Origin: Felis catus
Lineage: Eukaryota
Assembly: GCF_018350175.1 (NCBI RefSeq)
Contig: NC_058368.1
Coordinates: 157,420,001 to 157,484,000 of the forward strand
Direction: 5' to 3'
DNA length: 64,000 bases
This document shows positions 25,641 to 37,913 of this stretch, piece after piece. The position numbers and the translations under genes are program-made. The first letter of the stretch is position 1, and each line of letters opens with the position of its first letter. The notes beneath the pieces were generated by a model. It saw only the letters and a list, made by a program, of their open reading frames with translations, had not been told where the DNA came from and made no database searches.

Positions 25641-25868
25641 TTTTTTTTTTATTTAAAAAAAATTTTTTTAATGTTTATTTATTTTTGACAGAGAGACAGA
25701 GCATGAGCAGGGGAGGGACAGAGAGAGAGGGAGACACAGAATCGAAAGCAGGATCCAGGCTCTGAGCTGCCAGCACAGAGCCCGATGCGGGGCTCGAACT
25801 CACAGAACGCGAGATCATGACCTGAGCCGAAGTCGGACGCTCAACCAACTGAGCCACCCAGGTGCCCC
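25641..25868 (-). mobile_element. CanSINE
   Basis: 16-bp TSD TGAAGGTATTGTTCTT at 25625-25640 and 25869-25884. Confidence 0.95.
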
Positions 25869-26484
25869 TGAAGGTATTGTTCTTATGTTTAATTTTTTAC
25901 TTATTTAAAGTAGTGATTGGCAGTAAGGAAGTGAAGAAAGGCAGTGCAAAGTAACCTTTCAAGACCTTTGGCAGAAAGAGAAGTGACAATAGGGCAATAG
26001 TTTAAGGAAATAGCAGGGTTGAGAAAAAGTGTTTAGTATGAGGGAGCATTAAGTACATTTGTTTGTCTGTTTTTGCAGAGGAAGGAACCAGTTGAAGGAG
26101 GAAAATATGAGTGAAAGAGAGGGTGGTTGATGGAGCAAGGTCACAGACCAGAACTGAGGATCAGGGACAAAGGGCAGGCAGTGGAGTTAACCTTGGCAAG
26201 AAGAAGGGGCGCATCTCCAGGGAGAGTGCTGGGGTGACAGGGACCGACTTGAGGGGTGCTTCTGGGGCCAAGAATGGGCAAGTCAGGGGACCACAGTGAG
26301 AGCCCAAGAGACAGGGGACTCTCGACTCTGACACTTGGCTGCAATAGCGAACCATGGCCTCCAGGCTGGCGAGGAGCCAGGTGAAGCCAGTAGATCATGA
26401 AGGAGCAGAATGGGAGGAATTAATGGCAAAATGAAGATGAAAAACTGGTTGTAGTTAGCAGAGATTAAGAATCATATTTAAGTA

Positions 26485-26707
26485 GGGGCGCCTGGGTGGC
26501 GCAGTCGGTTAAGCGTCCGACTTCAGCCAGGTCACGATCTCGCGGTCCGGGAGTTCGAGCCCCGCATCAGGCTCTGGGCTGATGGCTCAGAGCCCGGAGC
26601 CTGTTTCCGATTCTGTGTCTCCCTCTCTCTCTGCCCCTCCCCTGCTCATGCTCTGTCTCTCTCTGTCCCAAAAATAAATAAACGTTGAAAAAAAAATTAA
26701 AAAAAAA
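26485..26707 (+). mobile_element. Young CanSINE (SINEC_Fc-like)
   Basis: CpG-rich, with TSD AAGAATCATATTTAA(G/A)TA. Confidence 0.95.
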
Positions 26708-29700
26708 AAGAATCATATTTAAATAAAAAAGAAGTTTATGCTCAATGACAGGGAATTCTGGCTCCTGGACACCTGGTGGATGCTTGACTGCATGACTAAA
26801 TATGAGTAGCTGAAACAAAACAAAATTTAAAAACAACAACAACAACAAAAGCAGTTTCATGCCATTCTTGGGAAACCCACTTTTCTTTGGCTAAAATGAC
26901 CCTACGATGAACTGAGGTCTGAGGTCTGTTTGACCAAGGAGGCAGTACTACAGGAAAGCAAACCTCCTAGATCAATTAGTCACCAATACGTCAAAATCTT
27001 AAATTAATGTTTTCGGATTATCAGATGTACAGCACCTGCCTTCTGTAGCCGTAGAAGCTACATTCAGGTGTAACCGGTTGTGAAAAACATTCCTGAGCCC
27101 TGAGGGACAAGCCCCAAAGGCAGTGAGTCACAGGGCCGGAACCCCTGTAATGGGAGGACAGCTGCTGCGCCCATGCAGAGGCCACTGCTGGGCACAAGTG
27201 TATGGAGTGCCATTGGGAAGGACTCGTCCAGGGCGCTTGGGGTAAACCTAAAAGGAGCTAAAACTGGCAAATAAAGATCTGAGCCGACAGTAACAATTGA
27301 ACAAAATCACCGGAACGGTAGGAGATGAATCAAGAGGAAACAGCTGCCCCTTGGCCCTTCCTTGCCTGCAGGCCCTCCTGTCATCCCCTTCTGCCCTGCA
27401 TCCTGCCCCACACAACAGCCTGCAGGGTTCAGACTTCCTCCGCAGAACATGAGGCTTGACTGAAGATAGACGGCAAGTCTATTTGTAATAAGAACGTTCT
27501 TCATTGGGCTTCTGGTCAATTTTGGCACATCCATAGGGTGGAAGAGGGTGCAGCTGTTAACAATGAAGAGGGAGCTATGTATGTGCTGAGTTTTCTGGAG
27601 TCTGAAAACCCAATGGCAGAATCATATATATGACAGTGTCTTCTGTACAAATATAAAAGTGTAGGCTATGGGAGTATTATATGTTTGTGTGTGATATATA
27701 CACATATATATGAATGAGATATATCTATGTATCCTAACATGAAAGATTTCTGAGTGAAAAACATAATCAAGTATTACAAGATGCAAAATAATATCTGTAT
27801 ATAAAATATAAGAAATAAATGATATCGGTGCATGGATCCATCCACTACGTATGATGTCAATGCCTAGAAAGGAGGGTCGTAGGATGCATTGCAAATGGTG
27901 GGTAGAGTAGCCTCTGAGGGGGAAGGTCATGGGAAGGATGGCACAGGTCTTCAGCCTTGCTCTGTAGATGTCTGTATTATTTGAAACTTGTTTCATGTCT
28001 TACTGATGTAAGAAAAATAAGGAAGGAAGAACAAAGACCAAAAATGAAAACTGTGTGATCACTCTTGAAACCCTCTTGGGAACTTGGAGAACTGAAAGGT
28101 GATAATACAGACATGAGGGGACACATCCCACATTTATTAATCACGACTCTGGTGGGAACTGACCAATAGAGGGTCATAAAAGGGAGAGGGAATGCCCTAG
28201 GCCAAAATCCCTCACTTCCTCAGTTATGAGGCTACCAGAAAGCTGCGAAGAGGCTAAATGACAAAGTCTGGATCAAACAGTCAGAATCCCTCAGCAGCTA
28301 GAGGGCAGTGGGGAAGGGAAGAGAAACCAACTGCAGCCTTATCAGGACTGTGGAAGAGTAATTTCTGTACAGTTTTCAGAATATGGAATTTTAAGGATTC
28401 TCTTTTGGACTCTCAATTACTAAAAAATCGAACTATTTTTGGAGAAGGCAGATTGTCACCCCATGGCTTGCAGTGCTGGAGCCAGAACATGAGGCTGTCC
28501 TGTGGTCCTGTAGTGTAGGGACAGGTGCCAACAAAGGCCAGTTTGTGTGTGATAGAAATAGCACATGCTCAGAAACTGAGGGTATTTTGTGAAAATGAAA
28601 AAGTCATCCCGCAAGAGGGAACATCTGAGTCTTGGCTCAAACTACAATGTTGCATGAGTGGCTGGTCTCAAGGGTCTCAAACAATAGCACTGATGAAATG
28701 GCTTGGAGACCCAGCCTTCAAGGCCTTTCTTGTGCTCAGGGTGAGCATCACCTCACTCTAACTGGATTTCTGGGACCCCTCAGGCACACGGAGAGCTGGG
28801 AACTGGAAAGGGCTACACGGAAGTCTTCTGAATCCCCTCTGAAAGTCTGGGGAAATGTGCTTGTTAGAGCACGTAGGTTAGAAATATTGGTGCAGAGCAT
28901 TGTCATTAGGGAAGGTTAGGGGAGGGACAAGCCCTGTCCATTTATAGCAGGACAGAGAGGGACAACTTGAGTGATGTCTCCATCCTTCACAAGCCTGATT
29001 GACTTCAAACCCTTCCTAAGGTCTTCATTGCCTCATGAGTAAATAGTCACATCGTGTCAACAGCAGGGGAGTTGGTGTAGAACTCACAGCTGGCGGAACT
29101 GGTGAAGGAAGGGGAGAGAGCTGGCATGCTTATCTGTCTCTGTGGATGTGGGCAGTGCAGCACAGAAGGGAGGTCTGGGCCTGGCCAGCTGGGGAGATGA
29201 GGGTGTGCAACTCAGTTGTCGAGACCCTGGATCCCCGGTGCACAGCTTTCTGCAACCCTGCTCTGCCATTTCATCACTGCCCTGCTCTGCCACGTCCTAC
29301 CTAGCTACCAAAGCAGAAGGGTCTCAGCTTTCCTCTAAAGTCCTAATGAGGGTGACTGGGACCTCCACTTCCAACACCTGGTACTGAAAGGGAGACACAG
29401 GAGGAAAAAGGGCCCTAACACTAAAAAGGGGACATTGGCATCTAAATGTGTTGCTCTGGACACTGTGTAGAGCATGAATTCTTGGAGAACATGCACAGAA
29501 TGTTTACTTGAGGATATGCTGGGGGCATATAGAGATTGGGATTAGGAAACCAATCTATGGCACTGGTGAAATTAACAGCTTTAGGTTTATATGGGTCTGT
29601 CTGCACATAAGATGCACCTGAGGAGCTTTAAAAATATACCTGCCTGGGTCCCACCCCAGACTAGTTGAATCAGAACTGCTTGGGTTTATGCTCCCACTCA

Positions 29701-31845
29701 AGACCTTCCTTCCTCAGAGGAAGACTCAAAGATATGTCCCTTCCAGGAGGCAGGAAATCCTCTTTGCGTTCAGGCTCACTTGCCAGACGTTGGGAAGTTT
29801 ACCTCCCCTGTGAGGTGCTTTTTTTACAGTGGAAATTTCTCCCTTAAGTCAATAGTAAATTGACACGAAATTCAGGAAAATGGGTCTCAGCTACCCTAGC
29901 TAAGAAGTGCCCTTACCTCCTTGTGAAAGTATCCCTATTTATTTATCAAAAGTATTTCCCTCTTTTTATCAAGCAAAGATTGAGTACATTCATCCAGCAT
30001 ACTGGATTAATAACCACCATGGAGAGATTTTCTGTGGTGCAGTTAACTTCCTTTCCCCCCTTATAGGCAGGGTTCTGAGTTCCGGATTATCTTGTCCTGG
30101 ATTGGGAAGTGGTCAGCGTATGCTCTATTGGGTTTTATGATGGAAGTACTAGTTTTGAAACATTAGGAGCTGGAAAAAGGAGGGGATGGGAAGTGGGCTT
30201 TGAAGGGAAGAAGGGAGGGGCCTGGCTCTGATGGCAGGGGGAGGGTGGCAGGTCTTGAGAATTGGGAACCTGTGTGCCTCTCACCATCCAGCATCCTCAG
30301 CTGTGATACACCAGTGTGAAGTGCAGGAAGGTGGTCTGGAGGTGTTGAGCCCATTTGAGGATGCTACAGACGGAGCCGAGGGCCTGGACAATGTGCAGGG
30401 AGATGGGGATGGCTACCACGGTGCCCTCAGGGCTCCTGCCCAATGTTCCTGGATCCTAGAAACTTTAGAACTCTAGAGTTCTTTGATGATCCCAAATGAG
30501 GGATGGGGCACATCCAGATTTCATTTTCATTAGAGAAACTAAGCGATGTGGCAATTCTTATGCCCTAAGGTAGTGGGATGATTCCCACCGTGCACAGAGA
30601 TTTATTGGTTTACTGGTAGGTCATTGAGGGAGGAAGTTTCCATCTGTGGCTTTAAAAGAGGGGGTAGAATTGACGTTTGATGTGCAGAGAAAGGAGGATG
30701 CATGAACAGAGCCCACAGAGCTAACGGTGTGATTGGGAAAGGCTGGCAGAGGAGCTCCTGATAGCAGGTGTTCAAAGAGGGACTGTGGGACCAGAAATCT
30801 CTACAGTTTTCTGCGGGGTGTAGATATGGAGAGCCCTCCTCTGCCTCTTCCAGGACATCTTCAGTGAAGTTGAAACTTGTTCCCTAATGCTTTTGTGTGG
30901 GCAGCTGCTTCCCCTTCTTCCTCATTAGAAATGTTTCAAAGTTAACTCTGGTTCATTGCTACCAAAAATCATTTAAAAAGACATGCTTCCTCCTACTCCT
31001 GACCCCTAGCCTCAAGTGCCTCTCTCTAAGTGCAAATACATTTCTGGAGATAGTTGTTTATGTATTTTTTTCTTAAACAGTAGCATAGGACTGTGAGTAA
31101 GCTCACTGTTCTGCCCTTGCTTGGGTCAGGAAGACTATACTTCTGTCCCTCCAACTCAGCTTTGTAAAGGCTACTTAGTTCCATTTAATGAATGAACCCT
31201 AACACATGTAACCATTTTCCTACAGTTGGAGTTTTTGGGTTATTTTATTTCTTGGTCACATGAGTGTGTTCTTTCCCAGAACTGAAAGGGAGCTGGGGTT
31301 TTGCACCCACAGTCGGAGGGGAGTCGGCAGCTTGCAGTCAGATGACCGAGAGAGATTAAACCCAGGAATTGTTAATATTGGGGAACTTTGGGGCTTTTTC
31401 AAAAGCCCAGGAATTGGAGATTTGACGTCATCCTAAAGAGATCTCAAGAGCTGATTGTTCAGGTTTCTGCTTCCTCAGAATCCCAGAAGTACCTTGACTT
31501 CCTTCCTCTAACATGCCTGTAGTAGGATCTAGAGGAAGGGACCTCGCCTTTATATTCCCGGGAACACTTACCCACAGATTCTCCATACAGTTTGATGGCA
31601 TTAAATATACCTTATTTTTTGTGAACAAAAATACAGCATCTGTTTTAGTGTTTTTATTTATTTCTTTTTCTCTGAATCTACCAGGGGAGAAGTGGTCCTT
31701 GTGAAGGCCTTCTAGTTATTTCTGGGAATCAACAAAGGGTTCTTCACATGGACTTAATAAATCCTTTCAGCAGCCACATTGTATCCATGAAAGTTTTTAA
31801 CCTTCCTTCTGACTCTGGCCCCACCTCTTTGGAGCCCTTCTGCTC

Positions 31846-32067
31846 TTTTTTTTTTTTTTTTTTAATGTTTATTTTTGAGAGAGAGACACACACACAGAGT
31901 GCAAGCAGAGGAGGGGCAGAGAGAGAGAGGGACACACAGAATCCGAAGCAGGCTCCAGGCTTTGAGCTGTCAGCACAGAGCCCGACGCTGGGCTCAGATT
32001 CACGAATCCTGAGATTGTGACCTGAGCCGAAGTCAGACACCCAACCACTGAGCCACCCAGGTGCCCC
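31846..32067 (-). mobile_element. CanSINE
   Basis: Poly-T, (GA)n and reverse head, with short TSD TGCTCT. Confidence 0.92.
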
Positions 32068-33765
32068 TGCTCTGGACTGAGCAGTGCTCCTCACTTCTGA
32101 CATGACCTGAAGGCTCAATGCCGGCATTTTCACAGGAGGGGCCAAGGTCTCAGCCATGTCACCAAGCTCCTCGTTTCATTCATACAAGAGCAGAAGTGCT
32201 CAGCTTTGGGTGTTGGCTTCTCCCAGGACTGGGTCAATGTTCATGGATTATGAAACCAAATGGCACACCCCCTCATGACTTCACAAGCTTCCTTTGGGAG
32301 GACTAAGTGGGTGTATGCTATATAGAAACCCACTAAGTTTCCTAATAGTTGAATTTTGAGATGAGTAGCAGGGTGATGCCCCCTGATAGAAACACAATGG
32401 AGTGTAGGTCCTCATTCTGACACACAGTAGCCCTCTTGGCTGTTGTTACTCATGGTGGAAAATTCCATTCCCTCGTACAAGAAGAAATTGTTAAGGAAGG
32501 AAGTTTTATGTAAAAGAAAGGAGAAAGAGAATCATGCAACCTCCACTTTTTTTTCTTCCTTACTTGGTGGAGGTCTGTGGCTATATTCGCAGAAACACTA
32601 GGACCTGCTTTAGTTGTTTGCATTTGTGGTGGCGGGAGCAGTGCCCTCAGGTAGTACTGCAGGATTCCTGGCTGGGTGGACGGACAGATGTTCTGGTGGT
32701 AGTCACCAGCATGTTGTAAGGACCAGGAGCAGTTCTGATTGGTTGGGCCCCATGCCATCTGAGCTGTTAAATATTTTAGGTATAGTTGGGCATATTGTGA
32801 AAATCATATTCAATTTTACACAAAAGTTTTATAGATGGAAAATAGAAAAGGGGATTTCTCTTGCAGTTCAAACTACAGGAAGTAAAGTTCAGTGAAATCC
32901 TTTGGCTGGTGACAATGGTGACATTGGGGTAAAGCAAAAGACAGATGGAAGGGAAGAGACTACTGGGGACCAATCCAGACTTTGGGACAGTGGTAGTAAG
33001 AATTTTGCACTTATCAGAAGGGCACTTGAATGCAATAAGGTTGAGAAACACTCAATTACATAAAACAGAGGTGATTTTGGCTAGGCATCAGCTGGGGTAA
33101 CAGGTGGAAAGTAACCTTATTATAATAACCTCTTCTGTGTATGTTGACTGTGGGGGAGGAGTACATTGTCAGACATCGAGATTGAAATCACTCATCCCTG
33201 TAACCACTGGAGGTGCAAATGGTGTTCTTGAGTCTGGGGGCTCCTAAGTGGTCTTCCAATATACCCTTGTCTGGTCTTGTCATTCTGTGCCTTTAGGCTT
33301 CCATGCTGAAAAGGGGCTTTCTGAAGCAGAGATCCATGGAGGACAGTGCATAGTGGGCAGGAGCATGGTTTGAGTGTCAGGCATACCTAGTTTCAGTCCC
33401 TTGCCGTCACTGACTGGTCATGTGAATTCAGCCAGGTGACTTCATCTCTTCAGCCCCCAGTGTCCTCTTTGATGGACAATATTAGATTGGACAATATGGG
33501 ATCCTCCCTCAGAGGAGAGGTGAGGATTACATGACATAATATACTGAAGTATTTTCCATAGTGCCCGGCCCACAGTAAGTGCTCAGTAAGTGGTAGCTGG
33601 TACTGCTAATATCCAGGGTGGGAGAGAGATTCTGGGGGTTCCACTTTCATGCATGTAAGAAGAGACAGAAATGTTATGAAGGTTCTGGAACTTCTTAAGT
33701 TTAGGGACCTGCAAAGGGGGTGATCAGGAATAATGAGCATGAGAAGACTAAGACTTCTGAATCTT

Positions 33766-33912
33766 AGCTTGTTTATTTATTTTTGGGAGAGAGAAAGCAC
33801 TAGTGAGGAGGGGCAGAGAGAGGGAGACGGGGTCTCCAAAGGGGGCTCTGAGCCATGAGATCGTGACCCAAGCCAAAGTCAGATGCTCAATTGACAGCCA
33901 CCCAGGCGCCCC
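33766..33912 (-). mobile_element. CanSINE with internal deletion
   Basis: 16-bp TSD AAGACTTCTGAATCTT at 33750-33765 and 33913-33928. Shorter than the other copies. Confidence 0.9.
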
Positions 33913-35191
33913 AAGACTTCTGAATCTTTGATAGTTCCCAGTCCTCAGTATATCTCTAGTTCTAATGAAGAAGAAAATCTTGCTCCTCGTCTTCAAGAGT
34001 GTCAAAGGTAGCTGGAAAGATGTGTCCTAGGCCCAAAATTAGCAGAGGAAAAAACTCCCAGGAAACAAAGAAAAACGAAACAGCTGGTAACCGGGACCTA
34101 TAGGAAGGAAGAAAAAGTAGCTGACAATCAGTCAAGGCTCAAAATGTGGCCCTGAGGATCTGGTCAGTCTGTGGTACTTCCTGACACAGTGGATCCTGGA
34201 AGTAACCCTCCCCACATGAGCTCAGTCCAAGTTCAGCGCTTACTACAAAAAAAACGTTTGTTTAATGATCGCATAGTTGAATGGGCAGGGTAGCTTAGCT
34301 AATGGCTCTGTTGACTGCCAAAGGTATCAGGTGTGTATTATCCAATCAGCAGAGGGAAAAGCAGAGCTGGGCAGGTGGTGGGAGTAGCCAACTGTGGTGT
34401 TTGCTTGCTCAGAGTCCCTTCTTCTGGCAGCAGAACCTATCTTTCCCTTTTGGAGAACTGCCCCTGTCCTATTAGTGGCCCTTGGTTTAGGTTCTACCCT
34501 TTAAGACTTGGTTCTGGCAGGACACGACCTCTGGTGAGTTCTCAAATCCCACTGTGGGGGTGGGCATGCGACACAGGCTGGCCCATCAGAACCAAACCAG
34601 TATGTCCAAAGTGAGGCTCGTGATACCACCAGAGCCAATGAGATGCAACTCCCTGGAGCTATTGGGATACAGGTGTTCTGTTCCTGGAAGGCTTTACATT
34701 TGTATAGCTCCAACTGTTGACATTTTGCCTTCCCTTCAGGAAAGTCTGAGTGATGATGAAATCAGCCAGAATGAAGTGGAGACAAGAGAGGGAGAAATAG
34801 ATACCTGATAAACTTATTGGAACACCTGCCTCCGGTTCAGCATGATCCAACCCTGAACCTTTCCATTGCCTGGGCTTATCAAGTCTCTTTTTGGCTGAAG
34901 TTGGTTTGAGGTGGGCTTCTTTCACCTAAGTATAGCAGGAAACTTAGGAGGAACTTTCTGTTTTCTTTTCACAAGGGTAATAGAAAAGCAACAGGGTCCT
35001 TTTCCTTGCGACCTAGATAATAGATTTCCCATCATTTTTAAAGAGTTGATCTTTCTGTGCTCATTCTTGGTTTTCCAAACTCATGTCTTGACTTAAAGTC
35101 TTGAACCTACTCTGGAAATAATTTCACATTTTCTAAAATAAGGGGAAACAGAAGTTGGTGAGAATGAGGAAAAAAATTGAAACTGAGATAG

Positions 35192-35250
35192 GTTGTTGTT
35201 TTTTTGTTTTGTTTTGTTTTGTTTTGTTTTGTTTTGTTTTGTTTTGTTTG
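35192..35250 (+). repeat. (TTTTG)n microsatellite
   Basis: Seen directly. Confidence 0.95.
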
Positions 35251-35617
35251 CCAATGTCTGCTAGTGTATCCACTGCCAAGCCTGGATCAGGGGCTTGATC
35301 AAGATTGGATCAGGCTCCCAGGAAGGAATGTTGCCTTTTTCTTCATTGTATTTTGACAAAGAGTAGGCAATGGCTTTAAGAAAGTAAGTGAAAAAGATGA
35401 AAAAGAAAAAAAAATGCATCTGGACTATGGACATGAGTATTCTGTTACTTTTCAAGTTCTATGGCTGTGTGTTTGGGTTTAGTAAGTATGAAATATATGT
35501 TGCATCTGAGGCTCCATGCCTGTGTCTCTGCTAAGAAAAAATGTATATCTTAATTGAACCTGTGAGGCAACTGTAAACTGCCTTTAGGTTCACCTGGCTT
35601 GACAAATATTCTTTTTT

Positions 35618-35833
35618 TAAAAATTTTGTTTGAGGTTTATTTATTTTTTGAGAGACATAGAGAAAGCACAAGTTGGGGAGGGGCAGAGAGAAGGAGACAC
35701 AGAATCTGAAGCAGGCTCCAGGTTCTGAGCTGTCAGCACAGAACCCGATGTGGGGCTTGAACTCACAAACCGTGAGATCATGACCTGAGCCAAAGTCGGA
35801 CACTTAACCGACTGAGCCACCCGGGTGCCCCCC
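35618..35833 (-). mobile_element. CanSINE
   Basis: TSD AAATATTCTTTTTT. Confidence 0.92.
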
Positions 35834-36969
35834 AAAATATTCTTTTTTAGCCCGTGGGTCAGAAGAAATTTGGTTCTTTCTTGTTCCTTCTTCTCTCTTT
35901 TTCATCATATCCAAAATGTTCCCTACTGTGTGTGACTTAGGGAAGGTTCCTATCCTAAGTGTTCTCATTTGTAAAATAAGAAGTTTGGATTAGACCAGTG
36001 GTTCCAGCTTAAAAAGCAAGCAAACAAACAACAAACAAACAGGGGATTCTAGTCAAGATGGCAGCGTAGAAGGACGCTGGGCTCACCGCGCGTCCTGCTG
36101 ATCACTTAGATTCCACCTACACCCGCCTAAATAACCCAGAAAACCGCCAGAGGATTAGCAGAACGGAGTCGCCGGAGCCAAACACAGACGAGAGGCCCAC
36201 GGAAGAGGGTAGGAAGGGCGGCGAGGCGGTGCGCGCCCCACGGACTGGCGGGAGGGAGCCGGGGCGGAGGGGCGGCTCGCCGGCAAAGCAGAGCCCCCAA
36301 GTCTGGCTTGCAAAAGCGGAGGGGCCTGACGGACTGTGTTCCGACAACAAGAGCGACTTACCGTCTGGGAGGTCATAAGTTAAAAGCTCTGCTCGGAAAG
36401 CGGGAAGGCTGGAGGACAAAGGGAGGGAGAGCTGCTGAGCCCCCGGATGACAGAGCTCAGTTTGGCGGGGAACAAAGGCGCTCGCCAGCGCCATCTCCCC
36501 CGCCCATCCCCCAGCCAAAATCCCAAAGGGAACCAGTTCCTGCCAGGGAACTGGCTTGCACCCTGCAAACACAGAACGCTGTGCTTCTTAGGATCCATCC
36601 CTCCAGCGGGTATGACTCCCTCCCGCTGCCACAGGGCCCCTCCTGAAGTGGATGACCTAAGGAGAAGTGAGCTAAGCCTGCCCCTCCTGCCCCCGTGCAC
36701 CTTGCCTACCCACCTCAGCTAATACGCCAGATCCCCAGCATCACAAGCCTGGCAGTGTGCAAGTAGCCCAGACGGGCCACACCACCCCACAGTGAATCCC
36801 GCCCCTAGGAGAGGGGAAGAGAAGGCACACACCAGTCTGACTGTGGCCCCAGCGGTGGGCTGGGGGCAGACATCAGGTCTGACTGCGGCCCCGCCCACCA
36901 ACTCCAGTTATACACCACAGCACAGGGGAAGTGCCCTGCAGGTCCTCACCACACCAGGGACTATCCAAA

Positions 36970-37863
36970 ATGACCAAGCAGAAGAATTCCCCTCAGAAGA
37001 ATCTCCAGGAAATAACAACAGCTAATGAGCTGATCAAAAAGGATTTAAATGATATAACAGAAAGTGAATTTAGAATAATAGTCATAAAATTAATCGCTGG
37101 GCTTGAAAACAGTATACAGGACAGCAGAGAATCTCTTGCTACAGAGATCAAGGGACTAAGGAACAGTCATGAGGAGCTGAAAAACGCTTTGAACGAAATG
37201 CATAACAAAATGGAAACCACCACAGCTCGGCTTGAAGAAGCAGAGGAGAGAATAGGTGAACTAGAAGATAAAGTTATGGAAAAAGAGGAAGCTGAGAAAA
37301 AGAGAGATAAAAAAATCCAGGAGTATGAGGGGAAAATAAGAGAACGAAGTGATACACTAAAAAGAAATAATATACGCATAATTGGTATCCCAGAGGAGGA
37401 AGAGAGAGGGAAAGGTGCTGAAGGGGTACTCGAAGAAATAATAGCTGAGAACTTCCCTGAACTGGGGAAGGAAAAAGGCATTGAAATCCAAGAGGCACAG
37501 AGAACTCCCTTCAGATGTAACTTGAATCAATCTTCTGCACAACATATCATAGTGAAACTGGCAAAATACAAGGATAAAGAGAAAATTCTGAAAGCAGCAA
37601 GGGGTAAACGTGCCCTCACATATAAAGGGAGACCTATAAGACTCGTGACTGATCTCTCTTTTGAAACTTGGCAGGCCAGAAAGAATTGGCACGAGATTTT
37701 CAGGGTGCTAGACAGAAAAAATATGCAGCCGAGAATCCTTTATCCAGCAAGTCTGTCATTTAGAATAGAAGGAGAGATAAAGGTCTTCCCAAACAAACAA
37801 AAACTGAAGGAATTTGTCACCACTAAACCAGCCCTACAAGAGATCCTAAGGGGGACCCTGTGA
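36970..37863 (+). CDS. L1 ORF1p (coiled coil, RRM, CTD), intact 297-aa frame
   Basis: MTKQKNSPQ...RNNIRIIGIPE...ILYPASLSF...ALQEILRGTL. The first ATG is at 36970; the track starts at an upstream GTG. Confidence 0.92.
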   Translation: MTKQKNSPQKNLQEITTANELIKKDLNDITESEFRIIVIKLIAGLENSIQDSRESLATEIKGLRNSHEELKNALNEMHNKMETTTARLEEAEERIGELEDKVMEKEEAEKKRDKKIQEYEGKIRERSDTLKRNNIRIIGIPEEEERGKGAEGVLEEIIAENFPELGKEKGIEIQEAQRTPFRCNLNQSSAQHIIVKLAKYKDKEKILKAARGKRALTYKGRPIRLVTDLSFETWQARKNWHEIFRVLDRKNMQPRILYPASLSFRIEGEIKVFPNKQKLKEFVTTKPALQEILRGTL

Positions 37864-37913
37864 GACAAAGTCCCAGAGGCATCACTACAAGCATAAAACA
37901 TACAGACATCACA

